A DNA stretch of 64,000 nt, taken from the NCBI GenBank assembly GCA_030704615.1, contig CM060732.1, positions 59,644,001 through 59,708,000 of the forward strand, given 5' to 3'. Positions 1-13,865 of this stretch are shown here, piece by piece (positions within the stretch are counted from its first letter, which is position 1; the number at the start of each line of letters is the position of its first letter). Made by a program: the position numbers and the translations under genes. The notes under the pieces were generated by a model, which saw only the letters and a program-made list of their open reading frames with translations, had not been told where the DNA came from and made no database searches. The DNA comes from Takakia lepidozioides. Taxonomy: Eukaryota > Plantae > Bryophyta.

Positions 1-323
1 CAAAATGACATTGGGTACAATTTCAAATTTGACAATGGCACCATGGACCTTTTACCCTTCTCCAGGGGTGCCAGGCTCGCACATGTATTGCAAACACAAA
101 CGAACGTGATCCGGTCTGGCTTCACCCCTTCCCGCATTATTTGCTCATACGTCTCCGAAGCCTCTATACCATGCCCCCGCTGTGCATATCCTCACCCTTC
201 CTACATCATTTGCTCAAGAATAAGCTCAAGAAAGTTGCATGAGTTGCTCAAGAATAGGTCGCAAAGCCTCAATCCCACGCCCTTGCATTGCATATCCTGC
301 GATCATCGCGTTCCATGACACAA
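1..323 (-). pseudogene. PLS-class PPR gene fragments
   Basis: Minus strand reads VSWNAMIAGYAMQGRGIEA (~323-267) and GYAQRGHGIEASETYEQIMREGVKPDRITFVCVCNTCASLAPLEKGKR.HGAIVKFEIVPNVIL (~192-1); typical P/L/S motifs, discontinuous. Confidence 0.85.
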
Positions 324-539
324 GTTCTTACTGCTAGGGTCGATATTAAGAAAACAAATGGTATCGTTGGAGACAAAAGAGGCTCAGCCCTCTGTGTTCA
401 CGGCTGAATGTGGGCAACCTTAAAGCAACTTTAAAAAAAAATTAACCTTTTGCACTTTGTGTCATTCTATTGACGCAAGTGCTTAGATGGATGAGGTCAT
501 CCAATAGATGAACCCGTTCATGTATATGCCTTAAGATGC

Positions 540-905
540 CCACATGTAGTGATGTAGTCATATAAACATAGCTGTGAAACCTCATGTAGTCATGTAGTCA
601 CAAGCTTCTATGGCATGTCATCAATATGTAGTAATGGTGTAGTCATTTAGTCATACGCTTATATGACACGTGTTTAACGTGTAGTAGTGCGTATGACTAC
701 TAGTTATATAAACCAAGCTTGTGTTCTTGGTCAACAATGTTTGACCGCAGCTCCTAATCATGTAGTAATATGTATGACTTCATTAGATTAAAATATATTA
801 AAATGCGCCCAACAATGGGTTTCATCACTTTGTAGTCACATATATAGTCATGGTTACCAAGGTTTATATCACCCGTAGTCATAAAAACGACAATATGTAG
901 TAGTG
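540..905. mobile_element. CACTA transposon right terminus (type A)
   Basis: Ends ...CCGTAGTCATAAAAACGACAATATGTAGTAGTG at 905; many GTAGTCA/TGACTAC subterminal repeats; 33-bp TIR matches the left end at 56789 with 5 mismatches. Confidence 0.85.
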
Positions 906-2182
906 GATGAAGAGAAGCTTTGGAATGAACACTTTTCTGACCCCAGTCAGTGGGGGGACAATGGAGACAAAAAGGTGAGTGCTTGTTCGACTACAGAGAG
1001 AAGCAGTTGCAGTTCAGAATTGAAACTACTGTTAAGTAGGGTTGGGGTGTTTTCTGGAAGAACTTCACGCCGTCAGTGTTAGCTGCTAGAAGCAAGGCTG
1101 AGGGATATATTCATGATCTGTACACGGGCAGAGATAGCTGAAGGACCGGGGATAGCTGAGGGACCAGGGATAGAGGTCCAGATTCATGTTCAGGTTCAGG
1201 CTGAGGGATCAATAGCTACAAGAAATCAGCTGGAGTAGATGGTCAATTGTTGCAAGTGGAAACAGTAGCAACAACAACACAATTGATAGAATGACGTGCT
1301 GCTAATGAAGGCACCTTCCTCAACACATTTCAGCCTGTTTTTCCAAGTAGGGTTGGGGTGTTTGCTAGAACAAATCTAGGTTGTCATCGTCACCTGCTAG
1401 TAGCAAGGCAATGATATATGCATGATTTGTGCAGAGGCATGGATAGTTGAAGGAGCAAGGATAGAGTGTGGGTGCAAATTCAACCAAGAGGGCCGGGCTT
1501 CAAGCTCCAGATTGACTCTGTAGCTACAAGAACCTGCATGGGTAGATGGTCAACTGGCAACAGCGGCACAATTTATAAAATCAGACATTGCTGATGAAGG
1601 CATCTTCTTCAACACATTTCACCTTGTTTTTCCCTCTTATCAGAATCGGCCCTAAATTTCCATGTTGAATCCTGCAAGTTAGCTGGTTGAGTGAATCTAG
1701 TTTGGAGTGACTTTGACATGATATTGCCAATGTGACAATAGGAAAGTATCAAAAAACAAGTAACAGAGATGAGGAGAAGTTGTGGAATGAATACTTTTCT
1801 GCCCCAGTCAATGATGGGACAACCGAGGCAAAAAGATGAATGCCTGTTACATTTCATGGAGTAGTAGACGCATTCAGCATATGAACTAGTGTGAGAAGCT
1901 GAGTTGGGTGTTTCCTAGAATAAATCTAGGCTGTCATTGTCAGCTACTAGCAGCAAGGCAAGGATGAATGCATGATTTGTGTAGAGGCTCACTTTGACTC
2001 TTTACTTGCCCGTTATCAAACGTCAGTCCTAAGAAACCAGCACTCGAGGAGGAGCTATCTAGCTGAAGGAGCAAAGAAAGTGTGGGTCCAGATTCATCCA
2101 AAATGGCCAGATTTTAAGTACAAGATTATCTATGAATCCTTATGGATCAATAGCTATAAGAAACCTGCATGGGTAGATGGTC
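906..2182 (+). repeat. Degenerate tandem exon/intron modules encoding an OSB-type PDF motif (~3 partial copies)
   Basis: DEEKLWNE.FSDPSQW.DN..KK exon at 906 and ~1768; GT..AG intron; IHPKWPDFKYKIIYESLWINSYKKPAWVDG exon at 2092-2182; further exon copies at ~1180 and ~1480. Confidence 0.8.
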
Positions 2183-2415
2183 TATTCTGCGGGACTCAAT
2201 CTGTCACTGAGTCTTGCATTATGAGGATTACAATTGCTTGGCAGCTTACCTGCACGAGGCCTTGACCCTTAGGCAATCCCCAGAGCAGTAGTAGCTTTGG
2301 GCTGTTTTTTTACTTTGGTTTTTTCATTTTGTACCATAAGCTCTTTGAGCTTTCCGCAGATGTAATAAAGTACCATTTTGTTTCATTTCATTTCATTTTC
2401 ATTTTGTTTTGTTTC
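2183..2415 (+). mobile_element. 3' end of a non-LTR retrotransposon with (TTTCA)n tail
   Basis: Similar to the RT C-terminal piece at 54840-54983; followed by AATAAA and a TTTCA microsatellite tail at ~2378-2415. Confidence 0.55.
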
Positions 2416-3062
2416 ATGGCATGTCTTTCATCATTTTCGCATTTCTAATGACATGATTAGTTCTCTTGTATGGCATTACATGCGTATGTACTAGTCGGCT
2501 CACTACAAACACCAAAACTTCAAAGCATGAACCACTATGAATGATTGTTCAAGTAATTTCGAGCACTTCATTTAAAGTAGTAAAGCAGTGGTTGCGCTGA
2601 CTTCCGCAGTCGCAGTTGCCATTGGGCATGTAGCACTGCAAGTTATATGGTCAACTACCACTTGGCGCCCCGGGCCCGTGGCCACATGGCACAAGTGCTG
2701 CTCGTTGCGGCGCCGCCACGTCGGCGTCCACATCGTCGTCCGCGTCCGCGTCCATGTGTCATCGCGCTCTGGTGAGTTAGTCCACTCATCCGGAGGGAAA
2801 AGTCAAAGTCAGCCCGAAAGGTCAGACACATGGGCGGCCGGGCTGGTTACACCACGTGGTTCTTCAGCATTAATCGCAATAATCGTTGAGCAGTTGTTCG
2901 TGCATCTGCGTCCTTTACCACTCCAATCATTGGATGTCCGACCCAACTTCCACGTCTGTTGTAACTAGTCGTTTGTAACTTCCAGTCGATCCCGGTTTTT
3001 TGACTTTTACGACTCAAAATGAGTCGTTACCCCAGTGGTAAATGACACGAATGCTTCTAGTG
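2416..3062. mobile_element. CACTA transposon right terminus (type B)
   Basis: Ends ...GACTCAAAATGAGTCGTTACCCCAGTGGTAAATGACACGAATGCTTCTAGTG; homology to the inverted copy at 39675 stops exactly at TAGTG. Confidence 0.75.
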
Positions 3063-4808
3063 ATTGTGGGTGTGGGATTACACATCATCTCAATCACTCA
3101 TGGCTTGCCACCTGTTCAACGCATTGTGGGACGACAGCTTATACATTGCCGCCGTTCAGCGACGGCCTACGTTCAACAACTGTGCATCTACCCAACGGGG
3201 CCCGCACCGGTGCGGCAGGGCTATGAGAAAGGATCCGATGCTAATTGAGGCAAGCACTGCCCCCCGCTTTAAGCTTCCATTCACCGCTGGGACATAAACA
3301 AAACTACCAGAGGAATCAGGCACCAAAGGCAACTCGGGCTCATCATCTTCTAACATCCTCTTGAAGCAGGCCCCACCACCTGCTCCTCTGCCAATGTCAA
3401 GTCTGATGTCTTGGGAAATGGAAATGGCAGAATTACACGGCAAGCATGCCACCTCGGGCAACATTCTTCATGGATTGCCAAGCCAGCAGGCCCCTCTGCA
3501 GGTCCCTCGGCAGATTCTACGCCACTCACCAATAGCGCACAACCCGCTCACGGCAAGCATCTGTGCAAGGCTCTGCTCCTTTCCCCTACTACCCCTCAAA
3601 GGCTGCTCCCAGCTGGCCTTAGAAAGTCATCCCGCCATCCAAAACCCGGTGGCTACCTGCCTCACGCCATTGATCTTCCGCAAGCATCCACACCCAGCAT
3701 TCTTGGTGACAAGCAGAGACAACATGAACTTCGACTCCATATGGATCTTAGTACGTGATGTTCAATCCTTCATCTCCAAGAGCCCTATGGACAACAACCC
3801 AATTCCTACATTATGCAACAAAATAAATGACTACTTCCATGCTAACCTCCCATTATACTCTCTCCCATCCACTTCGGCTGTCACCTGGGGAGCATACTCT
3901 GAGGCTTTTCCAGGCCTTTGTGATGACCTCACCCCTAACACTCACATTCTGGCTATCATGGACGAAGACTCGCTTCTGGCATCCACTGGTCAGTACAACT
4001 CTGCCAGGAGTTTGGGCTCAGGAAGATCACTACCAAGGCCCATATACTCAAAGCAAATCTCTGATCAGATCCAATGACATTTTACAGAACGCCTTCATAG
4101 TTCTGCAAGCCATCTCCGAAGCCGGAAAAGAGGGAGAGAATGGAGCAAGGAAGAAGCAACGCTTGGCAGGTCTCATCAATCACTCCTACGACTCCTTCGG
4201 GGAAATTTCAACCTCCAGCTCCTCGGAATTGCAAGTCTCGCAGCTACAAACCCAACAAGCGCCGCATTCATCCTAGCTTCATAGCGAACCTGCAGTTCAC
4301 AACGCTCTTCTACCTTCCCCAATACCTGCTCCAGCTGCATCCCTCCCGCGCTTTGTGAGTCCCCTATCCCCTACTTGGTCCATTCCTATTTTGTTCTTCC
4401 ATGTCCATCCCAAACTCAGTAGCAAATGCAAAATCCTATGCCTCCGTCCTATCCTTTCTCTCCCATCCTCTTGGAAGATCCTACCCTCCATAACCTACCC
4501 TCCCTCGCAAGATGACTTTGCTCAAATCCTAGGTCCTCACAACCTACCTCTCCAGTCTCCAGTTTCCATTAAGACATCACTATTGCACACTGGAAGATTC
4601 ATACCTTTAAACTGCTCGGGAATCCCTCTCAACATTTCTCTCAGTACCCCAGTCATATTTGTCCACCTCAATAAACCAATTTACACTGCAACCATCATCC
4701 ACTTTGGGTCCCCCTCCTTTATTCCGTCCGACAAACGAATTAAATTCCGGTTCTTTGCATCCAGTCCATCAAATGAGTCAAGACCCCTCTGCCTGTCGCC
4801 AGCCCTAG

Positions 4809-5288
4809 ATGCAGATTAGTTTATCCTCCTGGAATATCCGTGGCCTCGGTTCGGATCAGATGGCTCTTAAAACAATTAAGCTATCGGCCTGGCTGAGACC
4901 ACTTCTACCCTCTCTCTCTATTGTCTTTCTTCATGAATACAAACTATGCAATAGGAAAATTAGAAATCTTACAAACCAACTCTGGCCTAAAGATTCAGCT
5001 CTTTGGAAACCCTCCTATGAAGGTTCAAGGGGAGGCACAGCCATCCTCCTCTCGCCTTCCCTAAAACAGTTTCTCATTAAAGGCGAAGTCTGGGTAGAAG
5101 GGAGAGCGCAGTTCTGCTCTCTCCTCTTTCCCAATGACTCTGAGCCAATTGGCTTTATTAACATTTATGCTCCTAATGAACCAGCTCCTAGAACCGCCCT
5201 TTGGGATAAAACCTGCCAGCTAATGTCTCTGCATATCGACATCAGCAGATGGGTCATGGTTGGAGAAATGGAGCCATGTGAACTTTGA
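4809..5288 (+). pseudogene. LINE ORF2 APE endonuclease N-terminal fragment
   Basis: SWNIRGLG...IVFLHE...SRGGTAILL...GRAQ...INIYAPNE...WVMVG motifs. Confidence 0.88.
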
Positions 5289-5339
5289 TCAAGAGAATTG
5301 GAAAGGAATATGGTCGGTGGTTTGGGGCAAATCATAGGG

Positions 5340-5889
5340 TTCTTAAAGTGGGCCACTATTTGAACTTCCTAGAGGCTCTGCTCTGCAGATGTTGCAACAA
5401 CCAATTGATAGAAAGGAACATTGTCTGCTGCACTGCCTGGTTCCATCAAAGATCTGGCCATTGGTCAGTTCTTTCTACAGGGCTTGGGACCAAATGTCTG
5501 CAGATCCAGTAGCTATCCTTCTCAACTACAGTCCGATACAAAAAACAATTGCCTCCCATTGCCCGGTATTTGAAGCTCTTCATAGTTCGGTCCTTTGGAA
5601 CCTTTGGAAAGGACGATGTGCCTGGGCTCTAGACAATGAGAACACATCAGCTTCGGCAATTCTTTCTATGGTGTTCTTTGATCTCATTGTAGCTGCTAAA
5701 AAAGCTTGGGCATTGCTATGTGCAGCGGTCAAAAGGAAGCCACAACGACAGCCCTTTCTCATCCATACCTTCGGAGCAACCTGGGGCAAGCACGGACTCG
5801 TTGTTGGCCTCACCTGTCTTTGGGCAGATTCAATCCCCTCCTGCTGGCAAGGAAATAGGGATTACCTCTTCAGCCTCCCCAGAATTTGA
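5340..5889 (+). pseudogene. LINE ORF2 C-terminal (zf-RVT-like) remnant
   Basis: CRCC...EHCLLHC...IW...VLWNLWKGRC pattern, frameshifted. Confidence 0.7.
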
Positions 5890-6554
5890 CAGAACAGAGA
5901 TCAATTGGAGGCACATTAGAGCAGGTTCAACAACTCGTCTTCATTTCCACAGATAGACTTGCGGTTCTCTCCAGGGCAGCCAATTAGCAAGTGCTTCCCA
6001 TCTTCTAGCCTCATCAAATTCACCTTGTTATTCTCCTGCTCTCCCGGCCACCTCCATGCACCCTCTCCCTCACCATCCTTCTGTTTCCCTGTTCTCAATT
6101 CTGTCCACTGTCGTAGATCCTGACCTACTTCCGTTACGGTTAATGGTTTCTTGAGGATCTTACCAATGTCTTTAAGGTTTTAGATAAGGCATCGAGTCCC
6201 TGTGGCTTCATAATGCAGTTAATTCGAGAGTCCACTCTTGGTTATGGCCCCTGGACCTATCCTGCACGGTCCTCCGTGTGATATGCCTTATGGCAGCCTG
6301 AGGGCATTTAAAGGGTTTTAATTTTTTTTCCCTTAAATAATCATTTAATAAAGTTCTCATGGCACGGTCCCGTTCCGGCAAAAAAATAAAAAAATAAAAA
6401 AATATATTGGGGTTTCATTCCCTTTAATTTAAAAAAAAAACTATTGACTAATGAAATTTAACGAAAAGTACCAAGGTTGCGGAATTCCACAAAAATCGGA
6501 TGAAGCTTAGATGAAAAAATTAATATTGTCATTAAGCCTGCCGAACCTGGTGAC

Positions 6555-6837
6555 CTGCATGTATTTAATGAATCTGGCAGTGTCCGTCGAAATAGAGCAG
6601 CCTCTACACTTCATCCCCCTTCATCCTGGATGGAAATTCGAGTGGGGAGAAAAGCTGCATGTATTTAGTGATTCTGGCAGGGTCCGTCGAAATAGAGCGG
6701 CCTCTCCAGTTCATCCCCCTGGATGGAAATTCGAGTGGGGAGAAAAGCTGCATGTATTTAGTGATTCTGGCAGGGTCCGTCGAAATAGAGCGGCCTCTAC
6801 AGTTCATCCCCCTGGATGGAAATTCGAGGGGGAGAAA
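6555..6837. repeat. Tandem repeat, 93-bp unit x3
   Basis: CTGCATGTATTTA...GGATGGAAATTCGAG(T)GGGGAGAAA units start at 6555, 6655 and 6748. Confidence 0.92.
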
Positions 6838-9800
6838 CGAGCGAAACCTAATCCCCCGTGATGGAAAATCGGCGTTGAATCCATCATGGGGGGTTGGATG
6901 AAAGCATCGCCAGGGTATTGCCTCAGCTCTCGAGAGGCAAGAGAGACGAGAATTTGTGTGGAAGATAGGTACGGTGGTCAAAACAATTCATCTCACATTT
7001 GCACGCACGGGTCGGAGCAGGATCGAAGTTCGCGCTCTGTTGCTGTTCTTGCGGAAGGCAGCTGATTAGAGGTACGCCGCCACAGTCTATGAATCATGCA
7101 CAAAGGTAGTCTAATGAAGTCAGGAAGCTGAGCACGCAGTCTCCTAGACTAGTATTTTTTACAGAAAGGGCGTCACAGAGACACCTAGACTCTAATGCAA
7201 AAAGGGAAGTCGAAAGAAGCCGGCCTGTGACGGTCCAGGAGTGTGTGGCACATGAACGCAAGCCGCACGCACGCAGGATCTGATCTGAAGAAAGACAATG
7301 CGCCTGAGCAGCAAAATAAAATAATTCTGCAAAATAAAACAGTCGACAGGGAGAGGTCACGAAGGAATTGCAGTCTGCAGACTGCAGAGTGGTGATCTGC
7401 TTCGGGCAACGTGGGAGTGCAGGGGACCTGCAGTACCGTGTAATTAGAAGAGCAGATGCTCAGTAGTCAGGAGGCGGTACTACGGTAATGACGAGCTACA
7501 GGCTCCCTATAGCAGCCATAGCCATGACCACCACGACCTCGGAAAGCTTCGGGATCTTGGGCGGAGCCTCATAATTGGCATCTGTCGGCCATCCATCGAC
7601 TCCTCGCTAAAGCCGCGAGTTGGTGAACCATTTTGTCGTTTAGGGAGAGGACAAAATGGGACAGTGCAAATTTCCAAAAGCATGTCTTCTCTACCAAGCT
7701 GTTTGCGGAAGTTGGACTTCTTCCTTTGAACGCGATGGTTGATGAGTGGCAGTTGGTTTCTTTCCAAACGCCCATTCCTATTTTCTAATGTCTATGCGTT
7801 GAATTCCGAGTTAGAGATCAGCATGACAGCAGCATGGGCTTTCCACATGGTACTACAGTAGACGCTGAACAAACCTGGCCCACCGTGCCCATGTTTTTGG
7901 AAGTCAAACACAGCCTACAGGGATTGAGTGAAGGCTGCGCCCACACACCGAGGCTTTAAAATTGAATCTACTTTTGGATCTCGGAACTATTTCCTTCTCC
8001 TTTTGTTATCTGTACTATCGTCCCAACTTTGCAAGCAGTTCGAGGCTAAGACATTTAACCTACCTTAACTAGATGGTTGGTTGCACGACGTCCAAATCGG
8101 GTCTATTCCTCAATCTCCGATTTGACGGCCATGAACACGAACTCAGTATTTCAGGGGCTTGAGGCCTGAGCATTTTGCCCAGTGTCAAAATTTTCCAAAT
8201 GATACAGCTCGTGGAGGCCTCCAATTAAACAGATGCTCCTCCGAGCTTCAAGATGGATCGAGTGATGCAAATCATCATTTAGCATCGGAAGACGTTACGT
8301 ATTCTGAGTGCAATACCTAGTGATCCCGTCCCAGGTTCTGACAGATCAAAGCTTTCAAATACCTAGAATATCTCTATTTAGCTCCTGAAAGGATGAGCGC
8401 AAGATTGGAATTGCAACGAAGACTGTGCAAGTTATCGTCTGACCATGTTCTGAAGTTGGAATAATATTCCGGACTTGCAGACGAGCCTTACCATCTTTTG
8501 GCCAGGGGAAAGGCAAGAAATCTTTGGCAGCCGGCAAGGCTGTATTGAGGATGATTTGACAAGTAGATCTCAAATTACAGCCGGTGTATAAGGACACCCC
8601 CACAAATGTGTCGTGGCATGGTGGGTGGAAAAGCGGCCAGCGCTACACGGGAGATCGAGATCCTCTTTTCGGCCTCCTTGTCCCCGACAAGCTGTAGGAA
8701 TCTATCCTACACGACTTCGCATCAGCAGCCTCTGGCATCCCGCCAACTGTGGAGATTGAGCTCGGCAGCCTAGAGTTTACTTGTTTGCACCTTTGTGACT
8801 TCCGAGCTCTCGGAATGCACATGATTGCACCAATAATGGATACCCCGCTCTCCCCTGGGTCCATTGACCGTTTGCGGTCTTGCCAATGCCCATCCCCGGC
8901 CCCCTCGATAGGCATCTATCCGTCATCAGGATGGCGAGTATGACTCATTGAGTAGATCAGCATGATCTTGCCTGGCATGATCATTGCTGAACATCAACGA
9001 ATTAGTTCGGTCGTCGACCTCACCTCAGACTGAGGAATGAGAAGTGACTTTCTTCCACCGATCGGTGACGGAGTGCAGGGTGCGGGGGTCTTTCCGGAGT
9101 CTGCCATGCCACAGCCGAGCTGGGCTTGTACCAACTGTGAGACTTCGCCATCCGACAATGTAAAACTGGGAACCAGGGAGACCAGGTCACTGTTTTTAAT
9201 TTGGAGCAAGTTTAAATACAAAAAGGGATGTCGCTTCAAGGGTCTGATTTAATAGATTTCAACTAAGTTCTCTTAAGTCAACTGACCGAAAGGTTCAAGC
9301 ACCGGCTAGGTATAAGCGATGGCTTGCGTAAATATAAGGCCTTAACCACATGGCGGGCAACGAGCTACAATTTGAGTTCCACAACAACCTCATATCCGTT
9401 CACGAGAATCATATCATTATATAACTCGAAGTATTCTGGACAACGGCAGTGCCAGAAGATACAACGAAGTTGATGCCATTTCCAGCAGGACAGGAGAAGC
9501 ATAACCCTGGCAACAAGAACACATGAGCCATAGTGGGCACGTCCAGAGAAACCAGCCAGAGTCTGTGAAACTCCTTCGTATTCAAGAGAGCTCTCTGCTT
9601 TTCTCAGGCCTTCAAGAAAGCATGCACAGTGCTCTACACATCTTCGTGGGTTATAATCTATTAGAGTTCTTAATTAAGGAAGTCCCCTGAATCTTAGTAA
9701 TTGAAGATTTTTCCCATACATCTGCAAGCAACGTTTTAAATGCACATATCCCTCGTAAACCTGGCGGCCTGCCACGGAAATCCAGGGCTTTGCAGAGCCT

Positions 9801-11042
9801 GTTTCCACAGAATTTCCTGCTTGACATCTTTCAAGTTTCTTTACCGGCCTTTCCCAGCTCGGGCCCGGTCCCACCTCGAGCAACTTTTACCTCACCAGCT
9901 TCACGTGCCAATTATTGTGTTATAGGCATCTGGAGAAGCTTCACGAAGACTTGCGAAAGCCGACCTCCCTCTGAACCAAACGCACCGGTTGATCATGATA
10001 CACCCCTGCAGGAAAGTTTGTCAAGACCTGAGAATATCGTGCTCCTCTGTTCAAACTTATCAGATTCTTCGCTATCTTTGCTCAACACACAGATGTTTTC
10101 AAATCTTGCTGGCCGCCCTTCTCTCAGGATTTATCCAGTTTCTCGTCTCTTCCACCGCTATGCTCCAAATGATCTGCCCAGGCTAGCTTGCACTGTACCA
10201 AGTCACTAGTCGTGCTAAGCATGACCCACAAACATGTCACTTCCAAAAATCTCAAGTAGGAAAATCTGTGCGGACTGTGCACGGATTGGGCTTCTACAAG
10301 CTCTCAAGCTTGCCTGCACGTCACAAAAGACAATAAAAGCAGCAAAGTCCCAACGTCTTCTTTCCTCACAAACACATAACTTCACACGAATCCCAAGACC
10401 CCTCTTTGCACGATCCATTCGCCTCTCCCTCCGTTTACAGACGTGATGTAACGCAAGTTCCCGTCGTCGTTAGTCGCTCCAAACGGTTATCCTCACCGCC
10501 GGACCTGGTCTTGTTGACCGGCTCCGGATGGATGAATTATGCTCTACAAGATGAGGAAGGATGACAAATGTAATAATCGATATAAAGCTGTTCAACGCTT
10601 TCAACTTTCCAGGTACGTATACGAGGCGAAAATAAGTAATAAACTTTACTTTAAATAGAAAAACCGGCGGAGGGACGTACCGGGTCTTCACTGACACGTC
10701 AATTGACGTCTCCGGTTGACGTCTGTAGCCGTCATCGTATTATTATTATTTAATTTTCCTGCTACATATTATTGTACGTATTTACTTTTCTCTGGCATGT
10801 TGTTTATCCAACCTGCCGACCTCTATCCGTATGGAAAATATATATTTTAATCCAAGATGGCCAGAGAGAGGCCAAATGTATTAAAATTGAAAATATATAT
10901 ATATTATTTTGCAGATATTACTGTCGGGCCAAGGGCTACTGTCCCCTGTTATCTGAAAAAAAAACAAAAGAAGAAGAGAAGGTGTTGTATATCCGGGGTC
11001 GCAATAATGTAAAGCCCCACACGACAAGCATTGCGTCCGCAC

Positions 11043-11505
11043 ATATATCCACACATATCAATGGATATGTTTACGAAAAAAAGTGTACAGGTATTGGAGA
11101 TCACGACAAGGGGTGGATTTCTCATAGGTATTTTTGCATTCCGGGCCCGCATGGGAACGTATGTGTATATATCCACACACATCATTCGATATGTTTACAC
11201 ACAAAAGTGCACATGGATTGGAGATAGCGACAAAGGGCGGATCGCAAGTATTTTTGCATTCCGGGCCTGCATCGGAACGTCTGTGTATATATCCACACAC
11301 ATCATTCGATATGTTTACACACAAAAGTGCACATGGATTGGAGATAGCGACAAAGGGCGGATCGCAAGTATTTTTGCATTCCGGGCCTGCATCGGAACGT
11401 CTGTGTATATATCCACACACATCATTCGATATGTTTACACACAAAAGTGCACATGGATTGGAGATAGCGACAAAGGGTGGATCGCAAGTATTTTTGCATT
11501 CCAAG
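11043..11505. repeat. Tandem repeat, 120-bp unit x~3.8
   Basis: TTTTTGCATTCC recurs at 11131, 11251, 11371 and 11491; middle copies nearly identical. Confidence 0.95.
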
Positions 11506-11614
11506 GGCCCACGGTCATATCATCGTATTCGACACACCAGATTATTTTCACATGGACATGACGTAACTAGCCTAAAGAGATACTTCCTTTTTTCGCCCCA
11601 GTTTTATTTGTTTT

Positions 11615-12725
11615 CCGCAGGCAAGGAGGACCGCCGTACGTACCCATATAAGTGTACGAAGTGAGAATACATAAAGGAAACTACTAACTAAGTATTAGCA
11701 TACATTGGTATGTGCCCTTTTATGCCAAGTTTTTCTTTGTCTCCCTAAGCAAGGATATCTATAATGGACATAATTTTTAGGAAGTGTACAAAGTCAAAAT
11801 ACATAAAGGAAACAACCAACTGACTACCATCATACATTAGTATGTTTCTCCGCCGGAGTTCTAGTTAGGCCTCCGCAAGCAAGGAGGACCGCTCTATCCA
11901 TATAATGTACATAAAATTTAGGAAGAGTACAAAGTGAGAATATGTAAAGGAAACAACCAACTGAATACCCATCATACATGAATATGTTTCTTTTTTTCCG
12001 CTGGAGTTCTAGTCACGCCTCCGCAAGCAAGGAGGACAGCCGTATCAATATAGTATACATAACTTTAGGAGTACAAAGTGAGAATACGTAAAGGAAACAA
12101 CCAACTGACTACCATCGTACATCGATATGTTTCTTTTTTCCGCCGGAGTTCTAGTCACCCCTCCGCAAGCAAGGAGGACAGCCATATCCATATAGTATAC
12201 ATAACTTTAGGAAGAGTACAAAGTGAGAATACGTAAAGGAAACAACCAACTGACTACCATCATACATCGATATGTTTCTTTTTTCCGCCGGAGTTCTAGT
12301 CACGCCTCCGCAAGCAAGGAGGACCGCTGTATCCATGTAATGTACATAAATCTTAGGAAGAATACAAAGTGAGAATAAGTAAAGGAAACAGTGAAACAAC
12401 CAACTGTACCAGCGGTATGTTCCGCAGCCGTAGGTACTGGAACTTACCGCTGTATCCATGTAATGTACATAGATTTTAGGAAGAATACAAAGTGAGAAGA
12501 AGTAAAGGAAACAAGGAAACAACCAACTGAATGTTTCTTTCCCTTAATTTTCAAAAAAATAAAGAAGTTTTTTTCTTGGGCCGGAGTTCTATTCATGCCT
12601 CGACAAGCAAGGCGGCATCCCTAATTTACGAAAAAATTGGGATGGGTACAAAGTGAGAATATGGTCCCCTTTGCTTAAAAATAAAAATTCAAAAAACAAG
12701 AATTTGTAAGGGAAACAAGGAACTA
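11615..12725. repeat. Diverged tandem repeat, ~140-148-bp unit x~7
   Basis: GCAAGGAGGAC...AAAGTGAGAATA..TAAAGGAAACAACCAACTG recurs (~11620, 11880, 12028, 12170, 12315). Confidence 0.88.
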
Positions 12726-13865
12726 AGTACCTACTAGCCTATCATAGATCCTTTTTCCACCGAAAATAGTCCCTCAAAGCTTGACATAGGATGAAAAATC
12801 CTGGCTTTAGGATGAAATCCGTGCAAATGGATGAAAAGGATGAATCATCCAGTAGAGTGATTTCCGAGGTAAATGTTCCAATCATCATCATCATGAAGAA
12901 CTGCAGAGCTCGTGCAGCTGACATTGCAGTTGCATGGTCTTCTGAGCATGTCAGACGATCTTTGTGGGCTTACAGTACATTGAAGTGGGAAATTGAATAC
13001 TGGTGATGCATTGCTCACCCGAGCACGATCTACATATGCCAGTACAAACTTGTGCTCAGGTTTTTCAGTCTGTGAACAAGATGGTTGTGAAGTGAGACTA
13101 AAAGAACAGTGCTAGCAGGTTGTTGACCTTCATGCTCGGCATACCCAGTTGTGTGATCGATTCTGGGGTTTTAGGACTCTCCTGGTGGAAGCAGCCTCAG
13201 ATGGAGGGCTTTATTACCAGATCATAATGATGGTGGCAGTTAGATTAGCTCCCCTAACCTGTTGGGGCCACATCTTTGTTTCATGCGGATGTGCTGCTGG
13301 GTGGGCCCTGGCTGCCACCGAGGAGACATCCTTTGACTGACCTTGGTGGTAACAAAGTCGCCGCCTCTTCAGCCTGTCTTGTTCGAAAAGCCTTTCTACC
13401 ACAACCGTCTACCTACACAACTGAGGTCAGCTAGCAACCAATCGAATCAGATCACAAGTCTACAGTTTCACGTCTAATGTTCAGACTAAGCTAGAGTTGG
13501 GGCCGAGGAATTACCGATTAACGACGGGTAGTATTCTACCCCGGAATTTGAGGGGAATGTTGGAGAAATAAGGTAACTAGGCTGCCGCACCTGGGAACAG
13601 CCCGGGTCTAGAGGCCTGGAACACGCTTCCGCAGCCGGGCCCAGGGTGATGTTCAAATTCAGCTGATGGAAGTTGGAAGACTAGCATGACAAAATTAAGC
13701 ACTCTGATCAAGCAGTGTGCGGTCAAATTCTTGATAGACTTGGTGATGTGCATGCAAATCCGGATAGTGAGCAGCAATCTGGGCCCACTTTGTCTGATTG
13801 AGTTCGATCTTCCCTCTTGTAGTGAAGAGGTCACGGATGTCCTGCACTGCAATCATACATAGTAG

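Larger units (their letters stand above)
3240..6403 (+). mobile_element. Degenerate, internally deleted L1-like LINE
   Basis: APE endonuclease start at 4809; zf-RVT/C-terminal remnant at 5340-5889; AATAAA and poly(A) at ~6347-6403; RT core missing; 5' boundary approximate. Confidence 0.7.

Noticed and set aside
2588-2968. ORF conserved in two copies (also 39766-40146)
   Set aside because: Lies in GC-rich CACTA subterminal sequence; conservation is explained by the duplication
6511-6981. ORFs with repeated peptides (HPPGWKFEWGEK...)
   Set aside because: Artefact of the 93-bp tandem repeat being a multiple of 3; open in several frames, no domain
7500-10450. Possible degenerate gene on the minus strand
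   Set aside because: Coding-like composition and some splice-like sites, but many stops and no motif I can recognise
11031-11664. Repetitive ORFs and CRISPR-like appearance
   Set aside because: Head-to-tail 120-bp units with no unique spacers; eukaryotic context
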